NCBI GenBank assembly: GCA_963809895.1
Contig: CAWELD010000003.1
Span: forward strand, 608,001-672,000
Origin: an uncultured Gemmatimonadales bacterium
Lineage (GTDB): Bacteria; Gemmatimonadota; Gemmatimonadetes; Longimicrobiales; Gaopeijiaceae
Direction of reading: 5' to 3'
Length of the DNA: 64,000 nt
Part shown: positions 9,935 to 21,100 of the stretch, one piece after another
Layout: the number at the start of each line of letters is the position of its first letter
How positions within the stretch are numbered: the first letter of the stretch is position 1
Program-made: the position numbers and the translations under genes
Notes under the pieces: generated by a model
What the model was told of the DNA's origin: nothing
The model's input: the letters and a program-made list of their open reading frames with translations, nothing else
Databases searched by the model: none

Positions 9935-11416
9935 TCAGCGATCCTGGCCGTTGCCCGGGACCTGGGCTCGCGCCCGCCGTACGTAGTCGGTCACGTGCTC
10001 GCCGTAGCGTTCCACCAACGGCTTCCGGTAGTCATCCCCCCGGATCACCCCGCGGCAGCCGGCTGAGCCGCACGAGCACTCGAAGTCGGGCATCTGCTCG
10101 TTGTACATGGTGGCGTAGTCCAGGGTGATCTCCTCGCCCCGCGCCAGGGGCCGGCGGGCTACCACGTCGAGGCCCTCGATCCACGCCGAAGGGTCGCAGG
10201 AGTGGTTCACCGGCATCCATTCCATGGGATTCCGGCTCCAGGTGACCCAGACCTCGTCGGTGAGGGGCCAGGCGTAGCGGCGGAACCAGTCCAGTTCGCG
10301 CTCGCCCCAGCTCGCCTCCACGTGAGCCCGCGACACCAGCGTGTGCTCGCCCTCCTCGAAGCGAATCAGGACGTCGCCGGGCCGCACGTCACGGGTGGCG
10401 AACAGGCCGTAATCGCCACCGGGGCGGGGCAGGACCTCCCAGCCGGTGCGGCGGAGCTCCTGGCGCCGCAGCGCCGCAGCGACGATCTGCCGGGTGAAGC
10501 CTGGGTGCCCGGCCGGATCGTGCTGGAGGATGAGGTCGGCGCTCCCGGGGTCTTCGAGGGGATAATAGAGGCCGCAATTGGGATTGATCTCGAGCATGAA
10601 GGTGCGGCCATCGCGGTCCACGCGGAGGTCGCAGCGGCCGTAGCCCGCGCCGCCCAGGCCCTGGAAGAAGCGCGCGGATTCGGTCCGCAGGCGCGCGTCC
10701 AGCTCCGGGTCCTGCACGGGGCTCGCGTGCAGCCCGTGATAGTCCTCCCACTTGAGATCCCAGTGCTTGAAGGTCTCGCCCTCGGGGAAGCGGTAGCGGA
10801 TGGGCACGTAGGTGGTGGGGTTGTCCGGGTCCTCGGGGTCTTCCGCCACCAGCACCGTGCACTCCATGCCCTCGATGAATTCCTCCACCAGCGCGCCGCC
10901 GTAGCGGCTCATCATGGTGCGGGCTTGCTGGCCGAGTGTCTCGGCCGTCTCCACCCGGGAGGCCCGGGTCAGCCCCAGGCTCGCGTAGCTGCTCGGATGC
11001 TTGACGATGAGGGGAAAACGGAGGGTGTCCAGCGCCCGCTCCAGGTCGCGCTCGTCGCGGGCGATGACGTACCCAGGGGTGCCGATGTCCCAGGCGTGGC
11101 ACACGCGCTTCATGGCCTCACGCGACGGCTCGAAGAAGCCCGAGTCCGCGCCGGTGAACGCCTGTCCCAGGCTCTCCAGCGTCTGCACGACCTCGATCCC
11201 GGGCCCGGGCTCGTCCCAGGCGGCGTCGCACAGGTTGAAGAAGACGTCGTATCCGTCGCCGGCGAGCTTGACCACCCGGGGCACCGCGTGCTCCCCGTCG
11301 AGGACGCCCAGCGTCCAGTCGGCATCGGGTAGGTGTGGACGGGGATCGCAGGGCCAGTCGCCGTCCGGAAGCGGCAGCGACGACAGGTCCTGATCGGTGA
11401 GGAGACAGATGCGCAT
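9935..11416 (-). CDS. D-Ala-D-Ala ligase-like ATP-grasp domain fused to a SET + post-SET methyltransferase domain
   Basis: FPLIVKH, LVEEFIEG, GRCDLR, LEINPNCG; then GLFATRD, NHSCDP, EEITLDY, CSCGSAGCRG. Confidence 0.85.
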   Translation of the reverse strand: MRICLLTDQDLSSLPLPDGDWPCDPRPHLPDADWTLGVLDGEHAVPRVVKLAGDGYDVFFNLCDAAWDEPGPGIEVVQTLESLGQAFTGADSGFFEPSREAMKRVCHAWDIGTPGYVIARDERDLERALDTLRFPLIVKHPSSYASLGLTRASRVETAETLGQQARTMMSRYGGALVEEFIEGMECTVLVAEDPEDPDNPTTYVPIRYRFPEGETFKHWDLKWEDYHGLHASPVQDPELDARLRTESARFFQGLGGAGYGRCDLRVDRDGRTFMLEINPNCGLYYPLEDPGSADLILQHDPAGHPGFTRQIVAAALRRQELRRTGWEVLPRPGGDYGLFATRDVRPGDVLIRFEEGEHTLVSRAHVEASWGERELDWFRRYAWPLTDEVWVTWSRNPMEWMPVNHSCDPSAWIEGLDVVARRPLARGEEITLDYATMYNEQMPDFECSCGSAGCRGVIRGDDYRKPLVERYGEHVTDYVRRARAQVPGNGQDR

Positions 11417-11426
11417 GCGCGTGGCG

Positions 11427-11927
11427 TCAGTCGGCGTCCGGGAGGGGCTCACCGCTGGCCCCCGCCGTGCCCGGCCGCGTATCCGGCGGTGGTCCAGCGT
11501 CGGCCCGGCGCAGGAACTCCAGCAGGGCGAGGATCCGCGGATGATCGAGCTGTCGGTTGGCCATGGGCACCTGATACTGCGCGAGCAACGCCGCCGCAAC
11601 GGTGTCGGCCACCAGCATGGAGTCGGGATTCCGGATCATGGCGGCGATCCAGGGAACGGGCCGCCGGCGCGTGACACCGGCCAGGTCGGGGCCGATGATC
11701 GCGCCCTCGCCCAGGTGATGGCACGCCGAGCAGTTCCTGCGGAAATACCAGGCGCCGGCGTCGGCCAGCGTTTGATCGATGGGGGCGCCCGGACCAGGGA
11801 GGGGCGCACTGGCGAGGGCGGGATCCAGGGTGGGCCCGCGCTCGCAGCCCGTCAGCGCCAACGCGAGGGCGGCGAACGACGAGAACCAGGCCGACACCCG
11901 TGGTCGGCGATGGGTCGGACGAATCAT
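11427..11927 (-). CDS. Monoheme cytochrome c lipoprotein
   Basis: Lipobox LALTGC, CSACH heme motif, GPDL, distal Met (YQVPM); start uncertain. Confidence 0.8.
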   Translation of the reverse strand: MIRPTHRRPRVSAWFSSFAALALALTGCERGPTLDPALASAPLPGPGAPIDQTLADAGAWYFRRNCSACHHLGEGAIIGPDLAGVTRRRPVPWIAAMIRNPDSMLVADTVAAALLAQYQVPMANRQLDHPRILALLEFLRRADAGPPPDTRPGTAGASGEPLPDAD

Positions 11928-12202
11928 GCGATAGGATAGCAGACACGGGCCCGATGGGAACCCCGGCTCCCGCAGCATCGTCACCTTCGTCCGATTCGCG
12001 CATTGCCCCATCGGCGATCCTCCGCATAAAATGCGCGAGGCCCCTCCTGCGTATGGACTATCGTAGACAACGGACACGTCGGAGGCGCCGGGAGACGCGA
12101 AAGGCAACGGTCGGGTGGTGGGGTGACGTCTCACCGTTCGATGGATTCCTTCCGGACCCTGCGCCCGCCTGTCCAGCCACTCAGCCGCGAGCCTGCCGAT
12201 CC

Positions 12203-13399
12203 ATGGCCTTTTCTTCTCGAACGCTCAGCATCACCACCGTCGTGGTCATCCTCGGCGCCGTGGGCGCCGGCGTCTGGTGGCGTCTCCGCCCCGAAGATGA
12301 CGCCGCAGGCGAGGCCCAGGCCTCCGAAGCCGATACCTCCGCCGTGCAGGTGGCGTCCGCGGGAACTCAGTTCTCCACCGATCTGCCCCAGCCCGTGACC
12401 GGCGCCGCCGTGGTGCGGGACACCCTGTGGATCACCGTGAACGCCGCGGGCAAGGCGGCCGCGTTCCGCCGAACCGCCGTGGCCGCGCAGGTGGAAGGGG
12501 TCATTCAGGAGGTGCCCGTGCAGGAGAACGGCCGCGTGGCCGAAGGTGATCTCCTCGTGCAGATCGACACGGCCGAGCTCGCGCTGAGCGTCGCCCAGGC
12601 CCGGGCGGAGCTTCTCAAGGCCCAGGCCGACTTCCAGACGCAGACGCTCTTCGACGACGAGATCACCGATCCGGCGGTCAAGCAGCGGCGCGAGCAGGCC
12701 GCCCGCGTGAGCAGTGGGCTCTCGGCGGCCGAGGTGGCGCTCCGCCAGCAGGAGATGCGCCTGGAACGGGCGTCGGTGGAGGCGCCCTTCGAGGGTCGCA
12801 TCGCCGACGTCAAGGTCGTGCAGGGACAGCACGTCACCGCCGGCACCGAGCTCCTGACCGTGGTGGATCTGGACCCGATCAAGGTCGAGGTGTCGGTGCT
12901 GGAGGCCGAGCTGGGTTACCTGACCGAGGGCCGCCGGGCCACCGTGACCTTCGCCGCCTTCCCGGGCGAGGCCTTCAGCGGGCGCATCGAGACCATCAAC
13001 CCGGTGGTGGATCCCGACCAGCGCACGGGGCGCGTGACGGTGCTGCTGCCCAACCACGACGGCCGTATCAAGCCGGGCATGTACGCCGACGTGTCGCTGG
13101 ACGCCCAGAGCTATCCGGACCGGCTGCTGGTCCCGCGTTCGGCGATCCTGGAGCGGGGCGACGAGAACCGCACCATGCTCTTCGTCTTCGAGGGCGACGG
13201 CGACACGGGGCTGGCCAAGTGGCGCTACGTGACCACCGGCAAGGAGAACGACAGCCTGGTGGAGATCGTGCCCAGCGACGAGGGCACCGTGGAGCCCGGC
13301 GAGATCGTGCTGGTGGACGGCCACCACTACCTGGCCCACGACACCAAGATCCGTCTCGTGGACAACCCGGCGGTGGCGGGCGGGAGGCCCAGCCGATGA
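12203..13399 (+). CDS. RND efflux periplasmic adaptor (MFP)
   Basis: N-terminal TM, lipoyl/hairpin pattern, VEAPFEGRI, IKPGMYA, VPRSAI. Confidence 0.92.
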   Translation: MAFSSRTLSITTVVVILGAVGAGVWWRLRPEDDAAGEAQASEADTSAVQVASAGTQFSTDLPQPVTGAAVVRDTLWITVNAAGKAAAFRRTAVAAQVEGVIQEVPVQENGRVAEGDLLVQIDTAELALSVAQARAELLKAQADFQTQTLFDDEITDPAVKQRREQAARVSSGLSAAEVALRQQEMRLERASVEAPFEGRIADVKVVQGQHVTAGTELLTVVDLDPIKVEVSVLEAELGYLTEGRRATVTFAAFPGEAFSGRIETINPVVDPDQRTGRVTVLLPNHDGRIKPGMYADVSLDAQSYPDRLLVPRSAILERGDENRTMLFVFEGDGDTGLAKWRYVTTGKENDSLVEIVPSDEGTVEPGEIVLVDGHHYLAHDTKIRLVDNPAVAGGRPSR

Positions 13400-14800
13400 A
13401 CGGCCGGCGGCGGGTGGCTTCGGTGATGGGGATGGCCCTTCTGGGGCTGGCGGCGGGCGGGCCCCTCGGCGCCCAGGAGTCCACGGACACGGTCGCCCTC
13501 AGCCTGGACGACGCGATCCGCATCGCCGAGGGGGCCAACCCTACGTTTCGGCAGGCGGCCAACCAGCTCGACCTGAACGGATCCGCAGGCCCGGGCGACC
13601 TGGCTGGGGCAGATCGTCCCGCAGGCGAGCGTCTCTCTGCTGAACACGAGCTACAGCGGGCGGCTCACTCGTATCGGGACGGACTTCTACGGGAACCCGA
13701 TCCCGAATCCGGAAGCGAGCTGGCGATACGATTCGAGGACCCAGAACGGTCTATCTCTGAGTTGGAACATCCAGGGCAAGGATCTGATCACGGCGCACCG
13801 GCAGCTCGACCAGTCGCGCGAGAGCCGGTCGCTCCAGGTCTCCAGTGCGGCCAACACCCTGCACAGCGACGTTCGGCGCCAGTACTTCGCCGCGCTGCGC
13901 CAGCGGGTGCTCCTGGACGTGGAACAGGAGCTCGTCGAGTCGCGAGTCACCGACCTGGAGTCGGCGCGCCGCCTCTTCGAGCTGGCTCGCCAGACCCGGG
14001 TGGACGTGCTCAACGCCGAGGTGCAGGTGGAGCAGCAGCGCATCAACATCCAGGCGCAGCGGCGGGCCTACCAGCAGGCGCTCCTCCAGCTCCGTACGAC
14101 GCTCGGAGACACCGAGCTGGGGCCTTTCCGCCTTCAGGACACCGAGCCGGGCGTGTTCGACCCCTCGGGCCTCGACGACGAGGACATGGTGGCCCGGGCG
14201 CTGCGCGAAAGCCCCCGCATCCGCACCTCGCAGTCGAACGTGGACGGCGCCCGGCTGTCGCTGGACGACGCCTCGAATTGGAAGTGGCCCCAGCTGCAGA
14301 TGAGGTACGACCTGACCCGCTACGTGCAGGACCGGAACGCCGATGCGGTCTTCGACGTGGGCTACGACTCGCAGCAGATGCAGAGCAGCTTCAGCATCGG
14401 GGTGTCGCTCCCCTTCTTCAACAACTACTTCCAGAACAGCTACCAGGAGGCCCAGGCCTCGGTGCAGCTCGAGAACGAGCGCGAGAACCTCAAGCAGACC
14501 CGACTGGAGGTGGAGCGCACCGTGCGGGAGGCGCTCATCAACCTGAGGAACCAGTACGAGAGCTACCGGGTGGCGGCGCGCTCGCAGGATATCGCCCAGC
14601 AGGCCACCGAGCTGGCCCGGGAAGAATACCGGCTGGGCTCGCGCACCTTCGAGCAGCTCCAGCAGACGGTGGCCCAGGAGGCCACGGCGCGGCGCACCAC
14701 CATCGATGCCCGCTTCTCGTTCCTCGACGCGCTGGTGTCGCTGGAAGCCGCGGTGGGCGGACCTGTAGCCGCCGGCGGAGCGGCGGGGCAGGGGAGCTGA
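13396..14800 (+). CDS. TolC family outer-membrane efflux protein (one apparent +1 frameshift near 13580)
   Basis: Signal peptide plus LSLDDAIRIA..NP in one frame; TolC repeats (VRRQYFAAL, EEYRLG) continue in the frame ending at 14800. Confidence 0.85.
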
Positions 14801-14801
14801 C

Positions 14802-17800
14802 ATGTCCATCCCCCGCACCTCCACCCGGAGGCCCGTGGCGGTGGCCATGCTCTTCCTGGCGGTCATCCTGCTGGGGGGCATCGCCTACGTACGGCTCCCC
14901 ATCGACCTGCTGCCCGACGTGAGCTACCCGCGACTGGTCATCTACACTTCGTATCCCGACGTGGCGCCGGCCGAGATCGAGCGCATCGTCACGCAGCGGG
15001 TGGAGGCCGAGGCGGCGGGGGTGGCCGGCGTGGAGCAGGTGAGCTCCATCTCCCGCGAGGGCGTGAGCCTGGTGACGCTCCGCTTCGCGTGGGGCACGGA
15101 CATGGACTTCGCCATGCTCAACGTGCGGGAGAAGCTGGACAACCTGCGCGATCAGCTGCCGGAGACCGCGACCCGGCCCAGGATCCTGCGGGTGGATCCC
15201 GAGTCGGAGCCCATAATGGCGCTCAGCGTCGCCGGCGGGTCCGACCTGTGGCAGACCAAGGAGCTGGCCGAGACGGTCTTCCGCCGCCGTCTGGAGCAGT
15301 TGGACGGCGTGGCCCAGGCGGCGGTGACCGGTGGGCTGGACCGGGAGATCCAGGTGGAGGTGGATCCCAACCTCCTGCACGCCTACGACCTCACCCTGGC
15401 CCAGGTCTCGCAGGCGCTGGCGCAGGCCAACGTGAGCGCGCCCGGCGGCACCATCCTCCAGGGGCGCTACCGCTATCCCCTGCGCACGCTGGGCGAGTTC
15501 CAGAACGTCGACGAGATCGCCGACGTGGTGGTGGCCCGCCAGGCCGCCGGCGGCAGCGGCGGTGGTCAGCCCGATCCCGACAACCCGGGATTCCGCCTGA
15601 TCCGCCTGCGGGACATCGGGCAGGTGGTGGACGGGTTTGCCGAGCGGGAGTCCATCGCCCTCTACAACGGCGTGGAAGCCGTGGGCATCCTGGTCTTCAA
15701 GGAGTCCGGCGCCAACACGGTGACCGTGGCGAACTCCGTGTCCGACGTCCTGGACCAGCTCCGGCAGGAATATCCGGCGGTGCAGGTGGACGTGGCGTAC
15801 AGCCAGGCGGGCTTCATCTCCGAGTCCATCAGCAACGTGGTGCAGGCGCTGGTCTTCGGAGGCATCCTCGCCTTTCTGGTGCTCTTCTTCTTCCTGCGCG
15901 ACCCGCGCTATCCCTTCGCCATCGCGGCGGCGATCCCCATCTCGGTGGTGGGCACCTTCGCCCTCATGGAGGCGTCGGGCGTCTCGCTCAACATCATGAG
16001 CCTGGGCGGCCTGGCCCTGGGCGTCGGGATGCTGGTGGACAACTCCATCGTGGTGCTCGAGAACATCTTCCGGCACCGGGAGCTGGGTAAGTCCGGGATG
16101 GAGGCTGCGGCGTTGGGCGCCGAAGAGGTGCAGGGCGCCATCACGGCCTCGACCCTCACGACCATCTCGGTGTTCGGACCCATCATCTACGTGGAGGGCG
16201 TGGCCGGGGAGCTCTTCGGCGACCTGTCGCTGGCGGTGGCCTACTCGCTCATCGCTTCGCTGCTGGTGGCGCTGACCCTGCTGCCGGCCCTGGCGGCGCG
16301 CTTCGCCACGGGGCACGAGGTGCCGGTGACGGACGACACGCCGGCCGCCGAGCCGGGCCCTGGTCGCCTGCGCAAGATCGGCCGCGGCGCCCGTTGGGTG
16401 GTGCTGGCGCCCTTCCGCGGCCTGGCCTGGCTCGGCCGCCTCGCCAAGGAGCTGGTGGTCTTCTGGGGATCCGGCATCGGCCGGGGCATCGGACGCGTGT
16501 CTCGACCCTTCCTGGACGCCTTCGACCGGGTCTTCGCCCGCTTCGCCGAGCGCTACCACACGGCGCTGGAGTGGTCGCTGGATCATCGCTCCCGCGTGTT
16601 GGGCATTTCGGGGCTCGCCCTGGCCGTGTCCCTCCTCCTTGCGCTGGAGCTGCCTCGCGACCTGCTGCCCGCCGTGGACCAGGGCGGCTTCGACGTGCAG
16701 CTCATCCTGCAGGAAGGCACGGGGCTCGAGGCCACGCAGGAGGCGGCCCGGACCGTGGAGTCGACGCTGCTGGCCGACGAGGGCGTGGACGCGGTCTTCG
16801 GCCGGGTGGGGCGCGACGCCCGGGCCTACGCCGAGGGGCAGGAGGAGACGGGGCTCAACACGGCCCACTTCCAGGTGCGGCTCAAGGAGCACGCTCACAC
16901 CGAAGACGTCCTCGACCGGGTGCGCTCGCTCCAGGCGCAGTTCCCCCCGGGGGCACTGTCCTTCCAGGCCGGTCAGGCCACGGCGCTGGGGACCATCCTG
17001 GGCGGCTCCGACGCCGACGTGTCGGTGCGCATCCGGGGCGAGAGCCTGGACACCATGCTGACCCGAGCCGAGGCGGTGCGGGCGCGGCTCGCCGCGCTGC
17101 CCATGCTCGGCAACGTGCGGGTCGGCACCGAAGAGGGCACGCCCCAGGTGCAGGTGGAGATTCTCCGCACCCGCGCTGCGCAATACGGCATCGAGCCACG
17201 GACGGTGGCCGAGGTCGTGGATCGGGCGCTCCGGGGCGAGCGCGCCACCGACTTCGTGGACTTCGACCGCAAGATCGGGGTGGTGGTGAGCTATCCCAGG
17301 GACCAGCGCTACGCCCGCGCGACGCTGGAGGGGCTGCGGGTGAACGGGGTGCCCATCCGGGAGCTGGTGGAGATCCGTGACGCGCTGGGCCCGGCCGAGG
17401 TGCGACGCGAAGACCAGGGGCGGGTGATCCCGGTCTACGCTGACGTGCTGGAGGGGGGGCTGGATCAGGCCATCGACGCCATCCGCGCGTCGTTGGTGGA
17501 CTTCCCGCCGACCCGCTCGCTGCGCATGGACGTGGGCGGGGAGAACGAGGAGATGCGCCGCTCCTTCCGGGACCTGTCCTTCGCCTTCGGTCTGGCGCTC
17601 ATCCTGGTCTACATGATCCTGGCGGCCCAGTTCGAGTCCTTCGTGCACCCCTTCACGATCCTGACGGCGGTACCGCTGGCGCTGGTGGGCGCCGTGCTGG
17701 CGCTGGAAGTCACCGGCGAAGGCCTCAACACCATGAGCCTCATCGGCGTGGTGATCCTGGTGGGGATCGTGGTGAACGACGCCATCGTCAAGGTCGACTT

Positions 17801-18125
17801 CATCAACCAGGCGCGGGCCGCCGGCATGGGGCTCCGCGACGCCATTCTCGAGGCGGGACGGGTGCGCCTGAGGCCCATCATCATGACCACGGTGACCACG
17901 GTGCTGGGCCTGTTCCCCATGGCGCTGGGCATCGGCCGCGGCGCCGACCTGCGGGCGCCGCTGGCCATCGCCGTCATCGGCGGGCTGTCCGTGGCTACGC
18001 TGCTCACGCTCATCGTGGTGCCGGTGGTCTACGCCGTGGTGGAGGATGTGCGGTTGCGCATCCGCGGTGAAGCACCGGCGAGCACCTCGGCGGGCGGCGC
18101 CCTCGCCCCCGGCGCGGCCGACTAG
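14802..18125 (+). CDS. RND efflux permease (AcrB/MdtB-like) 1
   Basis: RRPVAV, GMLVDNSIVVLENI, GIVVNDAI, RLRPIIMT. Confidence 0.95.
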   Translation: MSIPRTSTRRPVAVAMLFLAVILLGGIAYVRLPIDLLPDVSYPRLVIYTSYPDVAPAEIERIVTQRVEAEAAGVAGVEQVSSISREGVSLVTLRFAWGTDMDFAMLNVREKLDNLRDQLPETATRPRILRVDPESEPIMALSVAGGSDLWQTKELAETVFRRRLEQLDGVAQAAVTGGLDREIQVEVDPNLLHAYDLTLAQVSQALAQANVSAPGGTILQGRYRYPLRTLGEFQNVDEIADVVVARQAAGGSGGGQPDPDNPGFRLIRLRDIGQVVDGFAERESIALYNGVEAVGILVFKESGANTVTVANSVSDVLDQLRQEYPAVQVDVAYSQAGFISESISNVVQALVFGGILAFLVLFFFLRDPRYPFAIAAAIPISVVGTFALMEASGVSLNIMSLGGLALGVGMLVDNSIVVLENIFRHRELGKSGMEAAALGAEEVQGAITASTLTTISVFGPIIYVEGVAGELFGDLSLAVAYSLIASLLVALTLLPALAARFATGHEVPVTDDTPAAEPGPGRLRKIGRGARWVVLAPFRGLAWLGRLAKELVVFWGSGIGRGIGRVSRPFLDAFDRVFARFAERYHTALEWSLDHRSRVLGISGLALAVSLLLALELPRDLLPAVDQGGFDVQLILQEGTGLEATQEAARTVESTLLADEGVDAVFGRVGRDARAYAEGQEETGLNTAHFQVRLKEHAHTEDVLDRVRSLQAQFPPGALSFQAGQATALGTILGGSDADVSVRIRGESLDTMLTRAEAVRARLAALPMLGNVRVGTEEGTPQVQVEILRTRAAQYGIEPRTVAEVVDRALRGERATDFVDFDRKIGVVVSYPRDQRYARATLEGLRVNGVPIRELVEIRDALGPAEVRREDQGRVIPVYADVLEGGLDQAIDAIRASLVDFPPTRSLRMDVGGENEEMRRSFRDLSFAFGLALILVYMILAAQFESFVHPFTILTAVPLALVGAVLALEVTGEGLNTMSLIGVVILVGIVVNDAIVKVDFINQARAAGMGLRDAILEAGRVRLRPIIMTTVTTVLGLFPMALGIGRGADLRAPLAIAVIGGLSVATLLTLIVVPVVYAVVEDVRLRIRGEAPASTSAGGALAPGAAD

Positions 18126-18134
18126 GAGGTCGTC

Positions 18135-21100
18135 ATGGTCAAGCTCAGCATCCGGCGTCCGGTGGCGGTGGCCATGACCTACATGGCCTTCACCCTCCTG
18201 GGCGTGTTCGCCTGGCGCAACATCCCCATCGAGCTGCTGCCCGAGACCCAGCTGCCGCGGCTGACCGTGACCGCGAGTTGGCCCGGCACGTCGCCGGAGA
18301 CGGTGGAGGCGTTCCTGACCTCGCCGCTGGAATCCACCATCAGTCAGTCGCAAGGGGTGGAGAAGATCATCTCCGACTCCCGCGAGGGGACCACCAGCAT
18401 CCAGGTGGAGTTCAGCCGGGACGTCGACATGGACTTCGTGCGCCTGGACCTGTCGGAGCGCTTGTCGGCGTTGGAGGACGATCTCCCGCCAGAGGTGCGC
18501 GCGGTCACCGTGACGCCCTACGTCCCCGACGAGTTCCAGGACCAGAACCGGCCCTTCCTGCTGTACACCTTTACCGGTCCCTACACCCTGGAGGCGCTGC
18601 ACAAGCATCTGGAAGACGTCGTGGTGCCCGACCTCAACCAGATCGAGGGTGTGGCGGTGGCCCGGGCGTCGGGGGGCCGGGAGCGGCGCCTGGAGATCCG
18701 GGTGGACGACGAGAAGGCACGCTCGTTGGGACTGGACCCGGTGCGGGTGAGCGCCGCCATCGGGGCGCTGGATCTGGTGCGCGAGGCGGGTGTGGTGCGC
18801 GAGGGTGATGCCGAGCGCACGGTCACGATCGTCAACCGGCCCCAGTCCGCCGACGACGTGCGCCGGGCCATCCTCACCACCGTCAACGGCACCGTGGTGC
18901 GGGTACAGGACGTGGCCAGCGTCCACGACACCTACGAGGAGGCCCGCCAACTGGAGCGCATCAACGGCCAGCCGGCGGTGACGCTCACCCTCCTGAAGGA
19001 GCCTGGCACCAACACGGTGCGTGTGGCCGATGCCGTGAAGGCGCGCATGGCCCAGCTCGAGCGGCTGAACCCCTACGGATCGCGCTTCATCCTCAACGAG
19101 CAGAACGACGCCAGCCGGGAGATCCACCGCCAGCTCACCGACCTGCGCTCCCGGGCGGCCATCGCCGCCGTGGTGATCTTCGTGGTGCTGCTGGTCTTCC
19201 TGCGCTCCTTCCGCTCCGCGGGACTCATCTTCGCCACCATCGCCTTCTCGGTGTTGATCTCGCTGAACCTGATCTACTTCGGCGGGTTGACGCTCAACCT
19301 GCTCACGCTCATGGGTCTGGCCATGGGCTTCGGGCTCATCGTGGACAACTCCATCGTGGTGCTGGAGAACATCTACCGGCGATGGCAGCGCGGTGAAGAC
19401 CCGTCGGAGGCCTCGGAGCACGGCGCCAAGGAGGTGGTGCTGCCGATCCTGGCCTCCACGGCCACGACGCTCATCGTCTTCGTGCCCTTCGTGTATCTGC
19501 AGGGCGAGCTGCGGGTCTTCTACGTGCCGCTGGCCATCGTGGTGGGGCTCACGCTGCTGGCGTCGCTCTTCGTGGCCTTCACCTTCATCCCGGCGCTGGC
19601 CACGCGCGTACTGTCCTTTGGCCGGCGTAGGGGGACCGCCCCGGTGGTGGCGCTGGGCGACGACGTGGGCGCAGGCGCGCTGGCGACGGCGTCCGGCGGG
19701 GGTGAGGGCGCCTATCGCCGGGCCCCGCTCTACGTGCGCTTCTACGAGGGTCTGGTGGGATTCACCGTCCGCTACCCCTGGGTGTCCGTGGCGGTGACCG
19801 CCCTGTGCTTCGCGGGCTCCTGGCACCTCTTCGACAAGTACGTCACGCGGGGCCGGGTGTGGGGCGGGGGCTTCGGGGGCGATACCTACATCTCGGTGCT
19901 CATCTCGTTGCCGCGGGGCTCCAACCTGGAGCGTACGGATCAGCTCGTGACCTTCTTCGAGAACAAGCTGAAGGAGCTGCCCCAGGTCGAGGAATTCGAC
20001 TCGAGAGTATCGGAGACCAACGGCTCGATCCGGGTGACCTTTCCCGACTCGCTGGAGCTCACCGCGGTGCCGGTGGCCATCAAGGAGCAGATGGTGGCCT
20101 ACAGCCACACCTTCACGGGGGCCGAGGTCCGCGTCTACGGCTACGGCCCGTCGTTCTACGGCGGCGGTGGTAGCCCACCCACGTACACCATCACGGTGCT
20201 GGGCTACAACTTCGACAAGGTGCGCGAGATCGCCGAAGACCTGGGGCGGCGGCTCAAGAACATCTCGCGGGTGCAGGAGGTGGACACCAACGCCTCACAG
20301 CGCTTCACCCGGGACAAGGCCACGGAGTTCGCCGTTCACGTGGACCGCACGGCTCTGGCCCGGCACGACATGACGGTGCAGGACCTGGTGGCACAGCTCG
20401 GCGCCGTCCAGAGCGGAGAGTCCCGCGGCCAGCAGATCAAGATCGGGGGCGACGAGCTGCTCTACGCCGTGAAGGTCCGGGACGTGGACGACATGGACGT
20501 GTTGGCGCTCAAGGAGACCCTCATCTCCACGCCCTCGGGCAACAGCATCCGCCTGGGTGACGTGGTGACCATCGAGCCCAACAACGTCCTGGCCACCATC
20601 CACCGGGAGAACCAGCAGTACCAGCGCAACGTGGCCTACGAGTTCCGGGGACCCAGCAAGCTGGGCGACCTTTACCGGGACGCCATCATCGACAACACGG
20701 TGCTGCCGCCGGGCTACACCATCGACACGCAGGACTACTGGCGCTGGAGCGAGGAGCAGCGGGCCCAGATCTACATGGTTCTGGGGATCTCCATCCTGCT
20801 CATCTACATGGTGACGGCGGCGCTCTTCGAGTCGCTCCGGCAACCGCTGTGCGTGCTCCTCACCGTGCCCATGGCGCTCATCGGCGTCTTCATGATGTTC
20901 TTCTACGCCCGGGCCACCTTCACCCGCGAGGCCTACATCGGCGTCATCATGATGGGGGGGATCGTGGTCAACAACGCCATCCTCCTGGTGGACCACATCA
21001 ACCGGGTGCGAGCTACCGGCCAGCACGCCTTGCCGGAGGCCATCCTCCGGGGAACGCTGGAACGGGTGCGGCCCATCCTCATGACCACGGCCACCACCGT

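Noticed and set aside
14538..20108. 1856-aa antisense ORF and similar long shadow ORFs elsewhere
   Set aside because: Antisense frames of high-GC genes lack stops; no protein motifs seen
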